Of a stretch of 64,000 bases of DNA, positions 61,190 to 64,000 are shown one piece after another. The notes under the pieces were generated by a model. It ran no database searches and was not told the DNA's origin. It saw nothing but the letters and a program-made list of their open reading frames with translations. Origin of the DNA: Eledone cirrhosa. Taxonomy: Eukaryota. Numbering within the stretch: the first letter of the stretch is position 1; each line of letters starts with the position of its first letter. The position numbers and the translations under genes are program-made. The DNA is taken from positions 223,448,001-223,512,000 of the forward strand of contig OZ024742.1 in the NCBI GenBank assembly GCA_964016885.1, written 5' to 3'.

Positions 61190-62400
61190 GGAAAGACTGA
61201 GTATAGTGATTATTGTAGGGTCCAGGATGGGGTAGACAGAAGACTAGTGCTGAGAGGATGATGGACTGGTCTTAGTGGCTATTTTGGACTGGGGGGGGGG
61301 GTAGACACAGCATTGGTGATGTGGGGAGACAACCCATGCTTAGTGGTTATTGTAGGGCCTGGGGGTGGAAGATAGACTAAACATTGGTGCTGAGGGGAGG
61401 ATGGACTAAGCTTAGGGGTTGTTGTAGAGTCAGGGTGGTGGTGGTAGACCCAACATTGGTGTTGAGGGGAAGAAGCCCATTCTTAGTGGTTATTGTAGGG
61501 CCTGGGGGTGGAAGATAGACTAAACATTGGTGCTGAGGGGAGGATGGACTAAGCTTAGGGGTTGTTGTAGAGTCAGGGTGGTGGTGGTAGACCCAACATT
61601 GGTGTTGAGGAGAAGAAGCCCATGCTTAGTGGTTATTGTAGGGCCTGGGGGTGGAAGATAGACTAAACATTGGTGCTGAGGGGAGGATGGACTGAGCTTA
61701 GGGGTTGCTGTAGGGCCAGGGTGGTGGTGGTAGACCCAACATTGGTGTTGAGGAGAAGAAGCCCATGCTTAGTGGTTATTGTAGGGCCTGGGGGTGGAAG
61801 ATAGACTAAACATTGGTGCTGAGGGGAGGATGGACTAAGCTTAGGGGTTGTTGTAGGGTCAGGGTGGCGGTGGTAGACCCAACATTGGTGTTGAGGAGAA
61901 GAAGCCCATGCTTAGTGGTTATTGTAGGGCCTGGGGGTGGAAGATAGACTAAACATTGGTGCTGAGGGGAGGATGGACTAAGCTTAGGGGTTGTTGTAGG
62001 GTCAGGGTGGCGGTGGTAGACCCAACATTGGTGTTGAGGAGAAGAAGCCCATGCTTAGTGGTTATTGTAGGGCCTGGGGGTGGAAGATAGACTAAACATT
62101 GGTGCTGAGGGGAGGATGGACTAAGCTTAGGGGTTGTTGTAGGGCCAGGGTGGCGGTGGTAGACCCAACATTGGTGTTGAGGAGAAGAAGCCCATGCTTA
62201 GTGGTTATTGTAGGGCCTGGGGGTGGAAGATAGACTAAACATTGGTGCTGAGGGGAGGATGGACTAAGCTTAGGGGTTGTTGTAGGGCCAGGGTGGCGGT
62301 GGTAGACCCAACATTGGTGTTGAGGAGAAGAAGCCCATGCTTAGTGGTTATTGTAGGGCCTGGAAGGTGGTAGACACAATATTGGTGCTGAAGGGTGGAG
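61190..62400. repeat. 143-bp G-rich dimeric satellite
   Basis: cccat starts at 61333, 61476, 61619, 61762, 61905, 62048, 62191 and 62334. Each unit is two diverged subunits of about 71 bp. Confidence 0.95.
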
Positions 62401-63247
62401 GGATGTGCCACACAGCCACACAAAGACTTATACAAAAACATTTCCAGAACATTACTGTCCATGTCATGAGAAGTTAACTCCTGATGGAGTTGTAGGAGGG
62501 TATCATCATGACATACTTGGGCATTTAAATGTGGTGAAGCCTATCCCTCTCAAGATCAGAACATAACTGATTTCTTTCAGAGAAAGAGAAAGGTGAAGAG
62601 CGAGAGAGAGAGAGGTGGGGGTGATGTGAAAGAGATATAGTGGAAGAATCAGCTCCAGTATTTGACTGGTACCTTATTTATGGACCTAAAAGGGATGAAA
62701 TAACACTACAAATCATATGTTCGAACAACTCTGTCACTTCGCTGTCTAACTAAAAAATTAATTGAATTCAAAACTGGTTAAGGGAGATCCTATCATGACT
62801 GTGAAGATAGGGATATTATCAGATAGCTCAGTTTTACCTTAACGAAAACAAGGAATTACACCTATGTCACAAGTGAGTTGTTACACAGGTAAGTTGTCAC
62901 ACTTTTCATGGGTATCCAACTGTGAAATGACTCCTTCAATAAATCATATTTAGCTGGTTTGTAAGGAAAACAAAGCAACAAAAAAATGACAGCATGGACA
63001 AATGGATTATGTGAGTGTATATGTGTATGTGTGTGTACGTATGTAGGCATGTACATGTGCATATATGTGTATCTGAATGTATAACACACACATACATACA
63101 TACATATATACATACATACATCATCATTGTTTAACGTCTATCTTTCATGCTAGCATGGAGAATGGCTGCCCCCTCGTTATCGAGTATGGCCATTGCACGG
63201 AAAAAAAACCATAATAATGACAATAATTATAACAACAATAATAATAA

Positions 63248-63413
63248 TTGTTTCTACTTTAGGCACAAGGCCAGCAATTACCCAGTGCATTACTGGTACT
63301 TTATTTTATCGACCCCGTAAGGATGAAAGGCAAAGTCAACCTCGGCGGGATTTGAACTCAGATCGTAAAGGGACGTAACTATGCTGGAAAGCATGGCGTC
63401 CGACCCTCTACTG
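63248..63413 (-). mobile_element. SINE (Meta-like)
   Basis: Near-identical to 26995-27160. Confidence 0.88.
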
Positions 63414-63479
63414 ATATATATATATATATACACACACACACATACACACGCACACACATACACACACACACGATAACAA

Positions 63480-64000
63480 TTAACAGTGTTGCGATCGAAT
63501 GTAGCTTTTTAGCCTAGCCAATGATCTAAAATGTCTTGCACAGAGTCGGCACCCAAAACATTCACTGGGAATAGCCGGCTGTGGTTGGAGTTCATGTACT
63601 TTTGCATGTCGTTTGAGCCCTCCTGCTGATTTACATTCTCTTCCACATGCTTGGCAGGCATGATGAGTAGCATCTCCAACAGCAGCCTGGTAGTCAACCA
63701 CTGATATCACTTTATGACTACGAAGATGACTTTTGAGGCAGAGTCTCGCAAGATGCTGCATGTCAGTGCCATAGGAAGACCTTCGCTGTCTGGAAATGCA
63801 ACAGTAATGCTCTTCCTCACATCCCTCTTTACTTTCTCGTATGCGATTTGAGATGCCTCAAAGGCAACTTTCCCCTCATATACAGTCTTTCTCCATTTAT
63901 TACGATCAGCAGCAACATTTTCCCATGTATCAGCAGAGATGTTAGTGTCTTTCAAAGAGGCTTTCAACGAATCCTTATACCTCTTTTTTGGTTTATGTGG
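63480..64000 (-). pseudogene. 3' end of a second RTE-type (BovB-like) LINE ORF with C2H2 zinc fingers
   Basis: KRYKDPLKASLK..TWENVAADRNKWRKTV, then CQACGRECKSAGGLKRHAKVH and CRLCARHFRSLARLKSYIRSQH; frameshift near 63740. Continues beyond the window. Confidence 0.8.

Noticed and set aside
61333-62400. Repeat-spacer array
   Set aside because: The intervening sequences are themselves repeated, so it is a plain dimeric satellite.

Overview
Eukaryotic, AT-rich, repeat-saturated DNA. The repeat content (RTE LINEs with (GAT)n tails, tRNA-derived SINEs, long (TA)n runs) points to an octopus-like cephalopod; that assignment is inference. No bacterial-type operons or CRISPR arrays. Most of the window is transposon debris: about 10 RTE copies (one with an open 541-aa RT ORF carrying an inserted PHD-like finger), a Penelope-like element with RT, C-terminal GIY-YIG and an inverted pseudo-LTR, a CR1-type fragment inside a foldback element, a DD37D Tc1/mariner, two abutting Helitron-like elements, hAT MITEs, a probable solo LTR, more than 15 SINEs, an interstitial telomeric tract, and 15-bp and 143-bp satellites. 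The only candidate host-gene signal is a minus-strand exon near 46.3-46.5 kb with a CpG-rich/TATA region, followed by an apparent giant intron holding a possible recursive splice site at 32876/32877. The most striking pattern is nine hammerhead-ribozyme-like motifs, most of them in short segments next to (TA)n runs; two are folded back into palindromes at the ribozyme core. All calls are by eye; no searches or folding calculations were run.
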